Source: an uncultured Oscillospiraceae bacterium (GTDB taxonomy: Bacteria > Bacillota > Clostridia > Oscillospirales > Oscillospiraceae). Taken from it: DNA of 64,000 nt. The stretch lies in NCBI GenBank assembly GCA_905236305.1, contig CAJOPB010000108.1, forward strand, positions 9,968-73,967, written 5' to 3'. This document shows, piece after piece, positions 25,137-34,645 of the stretch. The notes under the pieces are model-generated. The model was given only the letters and a program-made list of their open reading frames with translations, made no database searches and was not told the origin of the DNA. Each line of letters opens with the position of its first letter. The first letter of the stretch is position 1. The position numbers and the translations under genes are program-made.

Positions 25137-26528
25137 TCATACCATTTGCTCCGGGTGAAACACCGCGTCAAAACGCTCCGGTGTGAGAAAGCCGAGGCGT
25201 ACACAAGCCTCCTTCAGAGAAATGTTTTCCTGATAGGCGGTTTTTGCTGTCTTTGCAGCGTTCTCATATCCGATATAGGGGTTCAGCGCGGTGACAAGCA
25301 TCAGGGAACGGTGCAGGTTTTCATCCATTTTCCCGCGGTTTGCCTGAATCCCCTCCGCACAGTGGATGCGGAACGATTCTATGGATTCGCTGAGCAGCCG
25401 TACAGACTGCAAAAAGTTATAGATGCACACGGGCAAAAACACGTTTAACTCAAAATTCCCCTGAGAGGCGGCCATGCCAACCGCCACATCATTGCCCATA
25501 ATCTGCACCGCAACCATGGTTACCTGTTCACATTGGGTGGGATTTACCTTTCCCGGCATGATGGAAGAACCGGGTTCATTTTCGGGTATGGAGATCTCGC
25601 CCAGACCGGTCCGGGGACCGGAGGCAAGCCAGCGCACGTCGTTTGCGATCTTCATCATATCGCAGGCCAGCGCCTTTACAGCGCCATGGGCAAATACCAA
25701 CTCGTCCCGGCTGGTAAGGGCATGGAACTTATTCTGTTCGGTCACAAATTCCTTGCCGGTGCGTCGGCTGATCTCCCGGGCTGCCAGCGCGGCAAAGCCC
25801 TCCGGAGCATTCAGCCCCGTTCCTACGGCAGTCCCCCCCAGCGCAAGGCCCTTCAGGGAAGGGAGGGATGAGGAAAGCATCTCCATATCCCGCTCCAGAC
25901 TGGAGCGCCAGCCGCTGATCTCCTGAGAAAAGCGCAGCGGCGTAGCATCCTGCAGATGGGTGCGGCCCGATTTTATAATGTCCCTGTTCTCTGTCTCCAG
26001 GCGCAGAAAGCATCCAATGAGACGTTCCACGGCGGGAAGCAGACGGTCTTCAATGGAAAGAACGGCTGCGATATGCATGGCGGTGGGAAAGGTGTCATTG
26101 CTGGACTGGGACATATTGACATCGTCATTCGGGTGGAGCAGAGTGCTGCCGGCCAGTTCATTTGCCCGATTTGCAATGACCTCATTGACATTCATGTTGC
26201 TCTGGGTGCCGGAGCCGGTCTGCCAGACAACCAGAGGAAAATGGGAATCCAGTCTGCCGGAGATTACCTCCTCTGCGGCGGCGGTGAGAAAGTGCAGCTT
26301 TTCCTCCGTCATGCGCTCGGGGCACAGGGCATGGTTTGCCTCCGCCGCTGCCTGCTTCAATATGCCAAAGGCATGGATAATTTCCTTCGGCATGGTCTCG
26401 ATCCCTGCGCCGATTCGAAAATTATCCCGGCTGCGCTGGGTTTGGGCGCCCCAATACCGGTCGGCCGGGACATTTACCTCTCCCATGGAATCATGCTCTA
26501 TACGGTAGCGGCTGTCTTCCATTCTCAT
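25137..26528 (-). CDS. fumC: Class II fumarate hydratase
   Basis: YRIEHDSMGEVNVPADRYWGAQTQRS N-terminus and the GSSIMPGKVNPTQCE signature. 463 aa. Confidence 0.95.
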   Translation of the reverse strand: MRMEDSRYRIEHDSMGEVNVPADRYWGAQTQRSRDNFRIGAGIETMPKEIIHAFGILKQAAAEANHALCPERMTEEKLHFLTAAAEEVISGRLDSHFPLVVWQTGSGTQSNMNVNEVIANRANELAGSTLLHPNDDVNMSQSSNDTFPTAMHIAAVLSIEDRLLPAVERLIGCFLRLETENRDIIKSGRTHLQDATPLRFSQEISGWRSSLERDMEMLSSSLPSLKGLALGGTAVGTGLNAPEGFAALAAREISRRTGKEFVTEQNKFHALTSRDELVFAHGAVKALACDMMKIANDVRWLASGPRTGLGEISIPENEPGSSIMPGKVNPTQCEQVTMVAVQIMGNDVAVGMAASQGNFELNVFLPVCIYNFLQSVRLLSESIESFRIHCAEGIQANRGKMDENLHRSLMLVTALNPYIGYENAAKTAKTAYQENISLKEACVRLGFLTPERFDAVFHPEQMV

Positions 26529-27340
26529 TGCATCTCCTTACCTTCCAGATCCCGTCTTGCCTGCTGATACAGCTGATTTAATACCTCCGGGGGCAGAGAC
26601 TCCATTTGTTCTCCGGTCTGTGCGGCGGCCTCCTCCACGTAGCGAAAACGGCGAATGTATTTCTCACAGGCCCGGTGCAATGCCATCTCCGGGTCCACCT
26701 TCAGCAGCCTGGCAGTGTTGACGGCGGCAAACAGAATGTCTCCGACTTCTTCCTCAATATTGTCAGGGTCTCCTGCTGCAATCCCCTCTGTTAGCTCCTC
26801 GGTTTCCTCACGAATCTTTCCGAGGGCGTAGGAAATGTCAGGACGGTCCAGCCCTGCCTTTGCGGATTTTTTCTGTATCTTCTCCGCCCGCCAGAGAGCC
26901 GGAAGCGTTTCAGCCACCCCCTCCAGGGCAGAGGCAGCAGTTTTTTGAGACTTTTCCACACGTTTTGCTGATTCCCAGCTCTCCAAAGCCTGCTCCGGAC
27001 TCCCTGCTGCTGCATTGCCAAATACATGGGGGTGGCGGAACAGAAGCTTTTTCACTGCCGCGTCACAGACATCGTCGATATTGAACGACCCATTTTCCTC
27101 CTCAATCCGGGCGTGAAAGAGCACCTGCATCAGCACGTCTCCCAGCTCCTCCTGCATATTTTCCCGGTCCTCCGCATCGATTGCATGGGCAAGCTCATAT
27201 GCCTCCTCCAGCAGATTGCGGCGAATACTCCCGTGATCCTGAGCTGCATCCCAGGGACAGCCGCCGGGAGCGCGCAGCAGCTCCATGATCTTCCGGAAGT
27301 CCTGAAAGTCATAGCGTTCCTTCTGCTCAAAGTGCAGCAT
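26525..27340 (-). CDS. mazG: MazG-family nucleoside triphosphate pyrophosphohydrolase
   Basis: Tandem MazG domains (LLEEAYELAHAI...EELGDVLMQVLFHA and EETEELTEGI...EEVGDILFAAVN). ATG at 27340 with AGGAGG SD. It overlaps both the MATE stop and the fumC start. Confidence 0.85.
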   Translation of the reverse strand: MLHFEQKERYDFQDFRKIMELLRAPGGCPWDAAQDHGSIRRNLLEEAYELAHAIDAEDRENMQEELGDVLMQVLFHARIEEENGSFNIDDVCDAAVKKLLFRHPHVFGNAAAGSPEQALESWESAKRVEKSQKTAASALEGVAETLPALWRAEKIQKKSAKAGLDRPDISYALGKIREETEELTEGIAAGDPDNIEEEVGDILFAAVNTARLLKVDPEMALHRACEKYIRRFRYVEEAAAQTGEQMESLPPEVLNQLYQQARRDLEGKEMQ

Positions 27341-28757
27341 TTTCCGTTTCCTCCTGTACCTGTTCCTCGGCGGCAGTCTTTGCCTGTACAAGGCCCTTAT
27401 TTTTCCATCTTCCCAACCGGTAAAAAACCACTGTAGCAATGCCGCCGATAATCCAGGCGATCAGAAGGGACCAGAAGATCATCTCCGGACGTCCGATGGG
27501 ATTTTCTTCGCTGCGTGAGAGCCAGACCATGATGTACGCCAGAGGGAGACGAAGGGCAAAGGTTTGAACAATAGAGAGCCACATGGGAGTCATGGTATCA
27601 CCCGCTCCGCGCATTACCCCAAGAAGCGTCTGAATTACTGCCATTACGATATAACCAAAGGCCAGAATCGTCATAAAGTGATAGCTGAGCGCCACCAACT
27701 CCTCTGTTGTGGTAAAAATTGCCATCAGATTCCGTCCGAACAGAAGGATGACAGCAGTGATCAGGGAGGAGGCGATTACTGCCAGCAAGAGTCCCTGACG
27801 GGAACCCTGCTCCACCCGCCTCTGGTCGCCGGCGCCGACATTTTGACCGGCATAGGTGGTCATGGCAGTGCCAAAGGAAAAGTTCGGCAGCATGGCAAAG
27901 CCGTCCACGCGCTGCAGGATCACATTGGCAGCGATTACCTGTTCGCCGAAGCTGTTTGTAATGGACTGGACCAAAACGATGGACATGGAAAAAATTGCCT
28001 GCGTAACACCGGAGGGCAGGCCCAGACGGATGATACGCCCGGCAAATCTGCGCTGCCAGCGGCAATAGCGCAGCCCAAAATCAAAGACATCCCGCATTTT
28101 CCGCAATCTGTTGATGCAAAGGAGGGCGGAGATTCCCTGCGCTATGATCGTGGCCAGGGCCACACCTGACACACCCATGTCCAGGTTTGCGACAAAGAAA
28201 ATATCCAGTACGATATTCAGCACGCTGGCCACAACGAGATAGATCAGCGCGGAGACAGAATCCCCCAGGCCCCTGAGCACGCCGCTGAGGATATTGAAAA
28301 AGCCCATCCCGATACTGCCGAGGAAGATGATACGCAGATAGCTTGCGCTCCAGTCCAGAATGCTTTCCGGTGTGCGGAGCAGTTCAAGCATCGGGCGCGC
28401 AATGATTACGCCGGCCACGGTCATAATCACGGCGGTGATCAGGATCAATAACACACAGTTTCCGATGGTCCAGGAAAGTGAATCCCGGTCACGGGCGCCT
28501 AAAAATTGGGAAACCATGATCGTAGCTCCCATACTGACACCGATAAACAGCACCAGCAGCAGGTTGATAATCGGAGCGGCGCTGCCTACCGCGGCCAGAG
28601 CGTTGTCACCTACATAACGCCCCACAACAACGCTGTCCACCGTGCTGTACAGCTGCTGAGCAATATTTCCCAACAGCATTGGCATTGTAAAAACGAGAAT
28701 CTGCTTCCATGGCGTCCCGACCGTCATGTCCACAGCCTGAAAGCTTCTGCCGGACAT
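27327..28757 (-). CDS. MATE-family efflux transporter
   Basis: 476 aa with 12 hydrophobic segments. The N-terminus PWKQILVFTMPMLLGNIAQQLYSTVDSVVVGRYVG is typical of NorM/DinF-type MATE proteins. Confidence 0.9.
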   Translation of the reverse strand: MSGRSFQAVDMTVGTPWKQILVFTMPMLLGNIAQQLYSTVDSVVVGRYVGDNALAAVGSAAPIINLLLVLFIGVSMGATIMVSQFLGARDRDSLSWTIGNCVLLILITAVIMTVAGVIIARPMLELLRTPESILDWSASYLRIIFLGSIGMGFFNILSGVLRGLGDSVSALIYLVVASVLNIVLDIFFVANLDMGVSGVALATIIAQGISALLCINRLRKMRDVFDFGLRYCRWQRRFAGRIIRLGLPSGVTQAIFSMSIVLVQSITNSFGEQVIAANVILQRVDGFAMLPNFSFGTAMTTYAGQNVGAGDQRRVEQGSRQGLLLAVIASSLITAVILLFGRNLMAIFTTTEELVALSYHFMTILAFGYIVMAVIQTLLGVMRGAGDTMTPMWLSIVQTFALRLPLAYIMVWLSRSEENPIGRPEMIFWSLLIAWIIGGIATVVFYRLGRWKNKGLVQAKTAAEEQVQEETENAAL

Positions 28758-28841
28758 CTCTCAACCAACTGAAAACGGAAGCGCCGAGGAATGCTGTCCT
28801 GCCGGCGCGCCGCTTTCCTTCCTTTCTTAAATATTTTCATA

Positions 28842-28870
28842 ATTCTACAGTATGAAAAAAGTTTCGTCAA
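28842..28870 (-). promoter_or_regulatory. Promoter of the MATE-mazG-fumC operon (TTGACG-17-TAGAAT)
   Basis: On the minus strand, TTGACG lies at 28870-28865, followed by a 17-nt spacer and TAGAAT at 28847-28842. A leader of about 78 nt contains a hairpin at 28777-28818. Confidence 0.55.
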
Positions 28871-28895
28871 TACGTATTGTGCCGGGTTTTCGCCC

Positions 28896-28924
28896 TTGAC
28901 AGTATGGTCTATTTGTGATAGACT
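28896..28924 (+). promoter_or_regulatory. Plus-strand promoter-like element (TTGACA-17-TAGACT) reading into repeat modules A+B and on toward the GH26 gene
   Basis: TTGACA at 28896-28901, a 17-nt spacer, then TAGACT at 28919-28924. The next plus-strand start codon I accept is at 29308. Confidence 0.4.
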
Positions 28925-28947
28925 AACTAAGAAGGCGCTGATGATAC

Positions 28948-29042
28948 CCGGCAAATCCTTTGCCGTCAGCTGCCGGAGACGCGTCGAAGACTGTATGAGA
29001 CGTGTTTTGCACCTTTTGGCTTGGCGCAAAACGGGCAGCACG
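28948..29042. repeat. Dispersed repeat modules A+B
   Basis: CCGGCAAAtccTTTGCCGTCAGCTGCCGGAG is followed by GACGCGTC, then GAAGACTGTATGAGACG, then GTTTTGCAC...GCGCAAAAC. See the matches listed for the other copies. Confidence 0.75.
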
Positions 29043-29307
29043 CTTTGCGTGATGTTGTTTCCAAAGAACAAAATGTTTTATGGAAACAAGTATGAAACAA
29101 AAAAGAAACCTTGCCGCTTTCTCTGAAATTCGGGAAATATTAAGATTATTTAAAAAAAGGGTGCATTTTCTGACAACCCGTAGTATACTCTTTTATCGGG
29201 AGCGCTGTGTCTCTCAAAGGATTCCGATAACGCTGCCGGTGAAGGCGGACAGATTTGTTTTTCCCAGCGTCCAGTTATTCGTTATTATTGCTTTTGGAGG
29301 TGCTTCT

Positions 29308-30945
29308 ATGCCTTTTTCAAGGTTCTCCAGGAAGGGGGCGGCCTGTCTCCTGCTGCTGGCGATGCTTTTCGCGCTGTTCTCTGTTCCGATGCGCGTCCGC
29401 GCGGAGGAGCCTGCGGCGTCCTGGTCCTTTGAAGAACTCAATGCATACAGCAAGTATTTTTCAAATCACGTGGACGGCTACCGTCTGATGGTGCAGAACA
29501 CCATGGAGGCAGATATGTCTCTTTCTGCTGTACGCGCTGTGCTGCGGGACGAAAAGTATACCATAGAAATCTATGATCAGACGCTGGACGGTTCGGGGGT
29601 CGACGGATATGCCTCTTATAGCAGCAGCCTGCTGCAAGACAGCGCAGCTTATCATGTCACCTTTTCCGGAGAGATGACGCTTGCGGGCTACAGAGCCATC
29701 GTTCTGGAATGGAACAGACCGCTCCTGTCTCGTGTAGCAGGGGACAAATGCTATTACGCCAGTGTGGATTTGGAGCTTGAAGACAACAGGGCACTCTCCT
29801 TTTTGTTCAAAAGCACGGCCCCCTTTGATCAGTTCGGAAGCAAATACTATGCTCTGGTGGTCAACACCCTGACGCTGATCCCGCAGACTGCTTCCGGAAT
29901 CGTCACAGCAACGCTTGCGTCGGAGAACAGCCATTGGAATGCGGAGACGCGACAGTTGTATTGGGACTGGTTCGGCGAGGAAGCCCCCCTGCGGTGGGGA
30001 ATCTTCAAGCCCAATGTGCTGCGGACGACTTGGGATACCCTGACTTCGCTGGAGGAACGGCTGGATTATCAGTTCCCCGTGATTTTGGATTATGCCTGGA
30101 ATCTGGATTCCGTGGAGACACTTTTGCCGAAGGCTGCAAAAGAGCAGCGGACTGTGGAGCTGACATTGCAGCCGCCTTTGACGCCTCCTGCTGACGGAAC
30201 AAACATTGTTCTGAACACGCTGAACGGGAAATATGATGATTATTTTAAAGGATATGCTCAAAGAGTAGCCTCCTCCGGCAAGCCGGTGCTTTTTCGCCTG
30301 TGCAACGAGATGAACGGCGACTGGTGCCAGTACAGTGCGCTGAACACCTGCCGGGATGCGGAGCTGTTTGTGCTGTTTTATCGTTACGTTTACCATATTT
30401 TTGAAGAAAATGGCGCCTTGAAAAATACAATATGGATCTGGAATCCAAACTGTATCTCTTATCCGGGATATGACTGGAATCACGCCCTCTGTTATTACCC
30501 CGGGGATGAATACGTGGACGTGGTCGGGCTGACCGGATACAATACCGGAACCTATTATTATGACATTGGTGAGCGCTGGCTGGGCTTTCATGAGATTTAC
30601 GATTCACTCTATGCTGACTACTGCAGCTGGTTTGGCCAGCCGCTGATGATAACGGAGTTTTCGTGCAGCAGCTTTGGCGGCGACAAGCTTGCCTGGGTAG
30701 AGGAGATGCTGCAGGACATCTCCGGTTTTCCGCGGATCAAGGTTGCCATATGGTGGGATGGTGTCGATCTGGATGCTAACGGAAATGCGGCCAGACCGTA
30801 TTATATTGACGACGTTGAAGGACTCCCCGAACTGTTTCGTGATTATTTCGCCGGCCTTTCTCTGCTGCAGAGGACAGCGCAGGAGGGTGAACAGGGGATC
30901 AGCACGGAGACCGCGGCAGGTTTTCCGGTAGAATACGGCAGATGA
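29308..30945 (+). CDS. Secreted glycoside hydrolase, GH26-like C-terminal catalytic domain (beta-mannanase family) with an unassigned N-terminal domain
   Basis: Signal peptide MPFSRFSRKGAACLLLLAMLFALFSVPMRVRAEE. GH26-type blocks are PVLFRLCNEMNGDWCQY, NTIWIWNPN, YYPGDEYVDVVGLTGY and LMITEFSC (putative acid/base and nucleophile Glu). GGAGG SD before ATG 29308. Confidence 0.65.
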   Translation: MPFSRFSRKGAACLLLLAMLFALFSVPMRVRAEEPAASWSFEELNAYSKYFSNHVDGYRLMVQNTMEADMSLSAVRAVLRDEKYTIEIYDQTLDGSGVDGYASYSSSLLQDSAAYHVTFSGEMTLAGYRAIVLEWNRPLLSRVAGDKCYYASVDLELEDNRALSFLFKSTAPFDQFGSKYYALVVNTLTLIPQTASGIVTATLASENSHWNAETRQLYWDWFGEEAPLRWGIFKPNVLRTTWDTLTSLEERLDYQFPVILDYAWNLDSVETLLPKAAKEQRTVELTLQPPLTPPADGTNIVLNTLNGKYDDYFKGYAQRVASSGKPVLFRLCNEMNGDWCQYSALNTCRDAELFVLFYRYVYHIFEENGALKNTIWIWNPNCISYPGYDWNHALCYYPGDEYVDVVGLTGYNTGTYYYDIGERWLGFHEIYDSLYADYCSWFGQPLMITEFSCSSFGGDKLAWVEEMLQDISGFPRIKVAIWWDGVDLDANGNAARPYYIDDVEGLPELFRDYFAGLSLLQRTAQEGEQGISTETAAGFPVEYGR

Positions 30946-31038
30946 TTTGTCTGTGCTCTGTGTATGGGGAAGTCCCAGCGCCCGGAAGCAGGCGGCTGGG
31001 ACGGCAATAGACAGGCACCGCTGAAAAGGAGAAAAGAT

Positions 31039-32337
31039 ATGAGTAGTCAAAGTAGGTTGTCAGCTGCACTGCGCGCCGGGGCCTATGACAGTGCGCTGAC
31101 GGAGCTGAATGGTTCGTGGATGACCGGGGATGCACTGGCCGGGCTGCGTGCCAGGGCGGAGCGCGTTACCGGGGAATTTTGCGACCGCTTTTCCCGTCAG
31201 GATTCCGGCATGGCGTTGTTCAGCGCCCCGGGCCGAACCGAATTGGGCGGAAACCACACAGATCACCAGCATGGTCATGTGCTCTGTGCCAGTGTGGATA
31301 TGGATATGCTCGCCTGTGCTGCCCCAAACAGTGCTTCTGAGATTCGCGTAATCTCAGAGGGTTATCCTGCTGTCACAGTGAAGCTGGACAGTCTGGAGCC
31401 GGTCGACGGGGAGAAGGGAACCACCTGCGCACTGGTGCGCGGCGTGGCAGCGGGAATTCGCGCGAGAGGCTATCGGATTTCCGGTTTTGATGCCTTTGTC
31501 AGCTCAGAGGTCCTGTCCGGTTCCGGACTATCCTCCTCAGCTGCCTTTGAAATATTGATTGGCAACATTCTGAATCGTTTTTTCTGCCGTGGAGAATTGG
31601 ACAGTGTGGAGCTGGCAAAGCTGGGCCAGCAGGCGGAAAATGTCTATTTTGGGAAGCCCTGCGGGCTGATGGATCAGCTGGGCGCCTCTGTGGGCGGTGC
31701 CATCGCGGTGGATTTCGCTGTCCCTGATGCGCCGGCAGTAGAGCAGATTCATTTTGATTTTGCTGCTTCTGGCCATGTCCTGTGCATCGTGGATACAGCC
31801 TCTGACCATGCGGATCTCACAGAGGATTATGCACAGATTCCCCGGGAAATGAGCGCTGTGGCGGCGTATTTTGGAAAGACAGTGCTGCGGGAGGTGGACG
31901 AAAGCCTCTTTCGCGGGGAGATACCCGCTTTGCGCCGGAGCTGCGGTGACCGTGCAGTATTGCGGGCGCTGCACTATTACCATGATGATCACGCTGCCAG
32001 GGCGGAGGCGGAGGCCCTTGCTCAGGGAGATTTTGAAGGCTTTTTGAAGCTGGTGAATGCATCTGGCCTGTCGTCGGAGCTTTGTCTGCAAAACGCCTGG
32101 TCTCCTGCCAATCCCAGACAGCAGTCTGTGCCGATGGCGCTTGCCTTTGGGCGGGAGCTGCTCGAGGGCAGTGGAGCAATACGTGTCCATGGCGGCGGAT
32201 TTGCCGGCACAATTCAGGCTTTTGTTCCCCAGGAGCGGCTGGAAATATTCCGGACGGGTATGGAGCAGCTGTTGGGGGCCGGACGCTGTCATGTTCTGCA
32301 TATCCGGCCCAGGGGCGGCTGTATGCTTGGAATATAA
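31039..32337 (+). CDS. galK: Galactokinase (GHMP kinase)
   Basis: PGRTELGGNHTDHQHGHVL, the galactokinase signature variant common in Clostridia. GHMP motif LSGSGLSSSAAFE. Adjacent to galT. Confidence 0.85.
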   Translation: MSSQSRLSAALRAGAYDSALTELNGSWMTGDALAGLRARAERVTGEFCDRFSRQDSGMALFSAPGRTELGGNHTDHQHGHVLCASVDMDMLACAAPNSASEIRVISEGYPAVTVKLDSLEPVDGEKGTTCALVRGVAAGIRARGYRISGFDAFVSSEVLSGSGLSSSAAFEILIGNILNRFFCRGELDSVELAKLGQQAENVYFGKPCGLMDQLGASVGGAIAVDFAVPDAPAVEQIHFDFAASGHVLCIVDTASDHADLTEDYAQIPREMSAVAAYFGKTVLREVDESLFRGEIPALRRSCGDRAVLRALHYYHDDHAARAEAEALAQGDFEGFLKLVNASGLSSELCLQNAWSPANPRQQSVPMALAFGRELLEGSGAIRVHGGGFAGTIQAFVPQERLEIFRTGMEQLLGAGRCHVLHIRPRGGCMLGI

Positions 32338-32359
32338 CAGGAGAGGGGAGACAGAGAGA

Positions 32360-33841
32360 ATGAACGCGGTCAATGCTTTGGTGGACTATGCGCAGCGGGT
32401 GGGACTGATCTCGGAATGTGAAAGAATTTGGGCGGTGAACACATTGCTGGACGCACTGCGTGCGGATGCCCTGCCGGCCGTGGAGGTGTCAGATGCTGCG
32501 CCGCTGGAGGACATATTGGGCGCGCTGACAGAGAATGCCCTTCAGCGCGGTGTTGTGGCAGAGAACAGTGTTGTTTATCGTGATCTGTTTGACACGGAGC
32601 TGATGGGGCGCCTGACCCCGCGTCCGGCCCAGGTGCATGATCGGTTTTCCGCCCTTTATGCGCAATCCCCTCAGGCGGCAACGGACTGGTATTATCAATT
32701 CAGCCAGAATACAAACTATATCCGACGTGACCGCATTGCAAAGGATATTCAATGGAAGGCGCCGACGCCTTATGGGGAGCTGGACATCACGATCAATCTG
32801 TCCAAGCCGGAAAAGGATCCGAAGGCGATTGCGGCCGCCCGAAATCTGCCTTCCGCTGATTATCCCCGCTGTCAGCTCTGCGCGGAAAATGAGGGTTATG
32901 CGGGGCGGCTCAACCATCCGGCACGGCAAAACCATCGGACGGTACCGCTGACGATCAACAATTCTCCCTGGTATTTGCAGTATTCTCCCTATGTTTACTA
33001 TAATGAGCACTGCATTTGCTTCAACAGTGTCCACACTCCAATGCGCATTGATCGGGCCTGCTTTGACAAGCTCCTGGATTTTGTTCGTCAGTTTCCCCAC
33101 TATTTTGTAGGCTCCAATGCGGACCTTCCCATCGTCGGCGGTTCCATTTTGGCGCATGATCATTTTCAGGGAGGGCGTTATACCTTTGCAATGGAGCGCT
33201 CACCTGTGGAGACTCCCTTTGAATTTCCCGGTTATTCCGATATTTCTGCGGGTATTGTAAAGTGGCCCATGTCTGTGATCAGACTGACCGGCGCCGCACC
33301 TGAGCGTCTTGCAGAGCTGGCGGAGCGTGTGCTGGCTGCCTGGAGAGGCTATACGGATGCAGATGTCATGATTTTTGCTGAGACAGACGGCGAGATGCAC
33401 AATACGATTACTCCGATTGCCAGAAGACGGGGAGAACAGTTTGAACTGGACCTCGTGCTTCGCAATAACCTGACGACCGCGGAGCACCCCCTGGGTGTTT
33501 TTCATCCCCACGCGGAAAAACACCATATTAAAAAAGAGAACATAGGGCTTATTGAGGTGATGGGACTTGCTGTTCTGCCTGCCCGGTTACGGGAGGAATT
33601 GTCCGCTGTCGCGGAAAAGCTTGTCCACGGCGGAGACCTCCGGTCCGATCCCCTGACGGAGAAACACGCGGACTGGGCAGAGGCGTTTTCCGGCCGCTGG
33701 ACGATCACCTCGGAAAATGCGATTGAGATCGTCCAGAGGGAGACGGGCGTCGTCTTCTCCCAGGTGTTGGAGGATGCCGGTGTTTACAAACGCAATGCAG
33801 AAGGGCAGACTGCTTTCCTGCGTTTTCTGAAAACCGTATAA
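32360..33841 (+). CDS. galT: UDP-glucose--hexose-1-phosphate uridylyltransferase (type 2 GalT)
   Basis: Long-form GalT blocks are present: YPRCQLCAENEGY, NEHCICFN and GGSILAHDHFQGG. 493 aa. ATG at 32360 after GGAGAGGGGAG. Confidence 0.85.
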   Translation: MNAVNALVDYAQRVGLISECERIWAVNTLLDALRADALPAVEVSDAAPLEDILGALTENALQRGVVAENSVVYRDLFDTELMGRLTPRPAQVHDRFSALYAQSPQAATDWYYQFSQNTNYIRRDRIAKDIQWKAPTPYGELDITINLSKPEKDPKAIAAARNLPSADYPRCQLCAENEGYAGRLNHPARQNHRTVPLTINNSPWYLQYSPYVYYNEHCICFNSVHTPMRIDRACFDKLLDFVRQFPHYFVGSNADLPIVGGSILAHDHFQGGRYTFAMERSPVETPFEFPGYSDISAGIVKWPMSVIRLTGAAPERLAELAERVLAAWRGYTDADVMIFAETDGEMHNTITPIARRRGEQFELDLVLRNNLTTAEHPLGVFHPHAEKHHIKKENIGLIEVMGLAVLPARLREELSAVAEKLVHGGDLRSDPLTEKHADWAEAFSGRWTITSENAIEIVQRETGVVFSQVLEDAGVYKRNAEGQTAFLRFLKTV

Positions 33842-33849
33842 CGCGAAAA

Positions 33850-33898
33850 AATGACTGTCCTCCTCGGTTTTCGTACCGAAATGGACGGTCATTCTTTT
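33850..33898 (+). terminator. Intrinsic terminator after galT
   Basis: AATGACTGTCC...GGACGGTCATT forms an 11-bp stem with one G-U pair, followed by CTTTT. Confidence 0.55.
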
Positions 33899-34011
33899 CG
33901 GATGGGATACCAGGGCCAGACGGAATTCCCACATCTGTTTTCTGCCGGGAGCGGGGAGTGTCAGGCGTGACAGCGGTACCAGCCGCGCTTCGTTATTTCG
34001 GCAGATATTTT

Positions 34012-34040
34012 TTGACAACAGGACATAAATATTGTAAAAT
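34012..34040 (+). promoter_or_regulatory. Promoter (TTGACA-17-TAAAAT) upstream of the ypsA-like gene
   Basis: TTGACA at 34012-34017, a 17-nt spacer, then TAAAAT at 34035-34040. Confidence 0.65.
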
Positions 34041-34112
34041 CAATTTGTCTCTCCGGGGAAGGTATCCGGAGCCTGGAGAGGTACGCAAACCGGAAGGCCT
34101 GGTGGTGACAGT

Positions 34113-34643
34113 ATGCGTAAGGAAATGACCTGTGCTTTTACCGGGCACAGGCTCGCAAAGCTGCCCTGGGGCGAGGATGAATCGGATCCCCGCTGCATGG
34201 CGCTGAAAAAGGAGATTTATGATGCTGCGGAAGTGGTTTATACTTCCGGTATCCGGCATTATATCTGTGGGATGGCGAACGGCTGCGACATGTATTTCTG
34301 TGAAGAAATTATACGGCTGCGGCAGAGATTTCCGGAGGTGACACTGGAGGCTGCGATTCCCTATCTAGGCCAGGCGCTGCGCTGGTCTCCGGGGCTGCGC
34401 CGGCGCTATGAACAGCTGCTGTGTGAGTGTGATATTCAGACGATTGTCTCCCAGAATTATACCCGGGACTGTATGATGCGCCGCAACTGTTATATGGTGG
34501 ACGCCGCTTCTCATCTGATTGCGGCTTATGATGGAACCGCAGGCGGAACCCAAAATACGATGTTGTATGCCTTACGCCAGGGCCTTGAAATCATAACGCT
34601 TTCAATTCCGGAACAGAAAACCCGTCCGCAAGGAGCTAATTGA
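34113..34643 (+). CDS. SLOG-family protein, DUF1273/YpsA-like
   Basis: Blocks seen: CAFTGHR, YICGMANGCDMYF, EAAIPY and AAYDGTAGGTQNTM. The length of 176 aa is typical of YpsA-like proteins. Confidence 0.75.
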   Translation: MRKEMTCAFTGHRLAKLPWGEDESDPRCMALKKEIYDAAEVVYTSGIRHYICGMANGCDMYFCEEIIRLRQRFPEVTLEAAIPYLGQALRWSPGLRRRYEQLLCECDIQTIVSQNYTRDCMMRRNCYMVDAASHLIAAYDGTAGGTQNTMLYALRQGLEIITLSIPEQKTRPQGAN

Positions 34644-34645
34644 TA

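Noticed and set aside
28777-28818. Guanidine-III (ykkC-III)-like riboswitch upstream of the MATE gene: a GCGCCG ... CAGGACA ... CGGCGC arrangement on the minus strand
   Set aside because: The outer helix and the CAGGACA loop string resemble what I remember of that motif. However, the 5' CCGG...CCGG pseudoknot partner and the ACGR element are missing. The resemblance is probably coincidental, and a cmsearch would settle it.
28978-29042. GTTTT...stem...AAAAC hairpins of module B as CRISPR repeats
   Set aside because: The copies are single and dispersed over 40 kb. They are not arrayed with uniform spacers, differ in stem sequence, and there are no cas genes in the window.
28724-29126. ORFs of 111-115 aa on both strands in the 550-bp MATE/GH26 spacer
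   Set aside because: They run through the palindromic repeat modules, which by symmetry produce open frames on both strands. They have no SD and no coding-like composition.
34041-34112. c-di-GMP-I or other riboswitch in the leader of the ypsA-like gene (string GGTACGCAAACCGGAAGGCCTGG)
   Set aside because: Only a short ACGCAAAC-like string matches. The leader is about 70 nt, too short for GEMM-I, and I could not fold it into the two-hairpin architecture.
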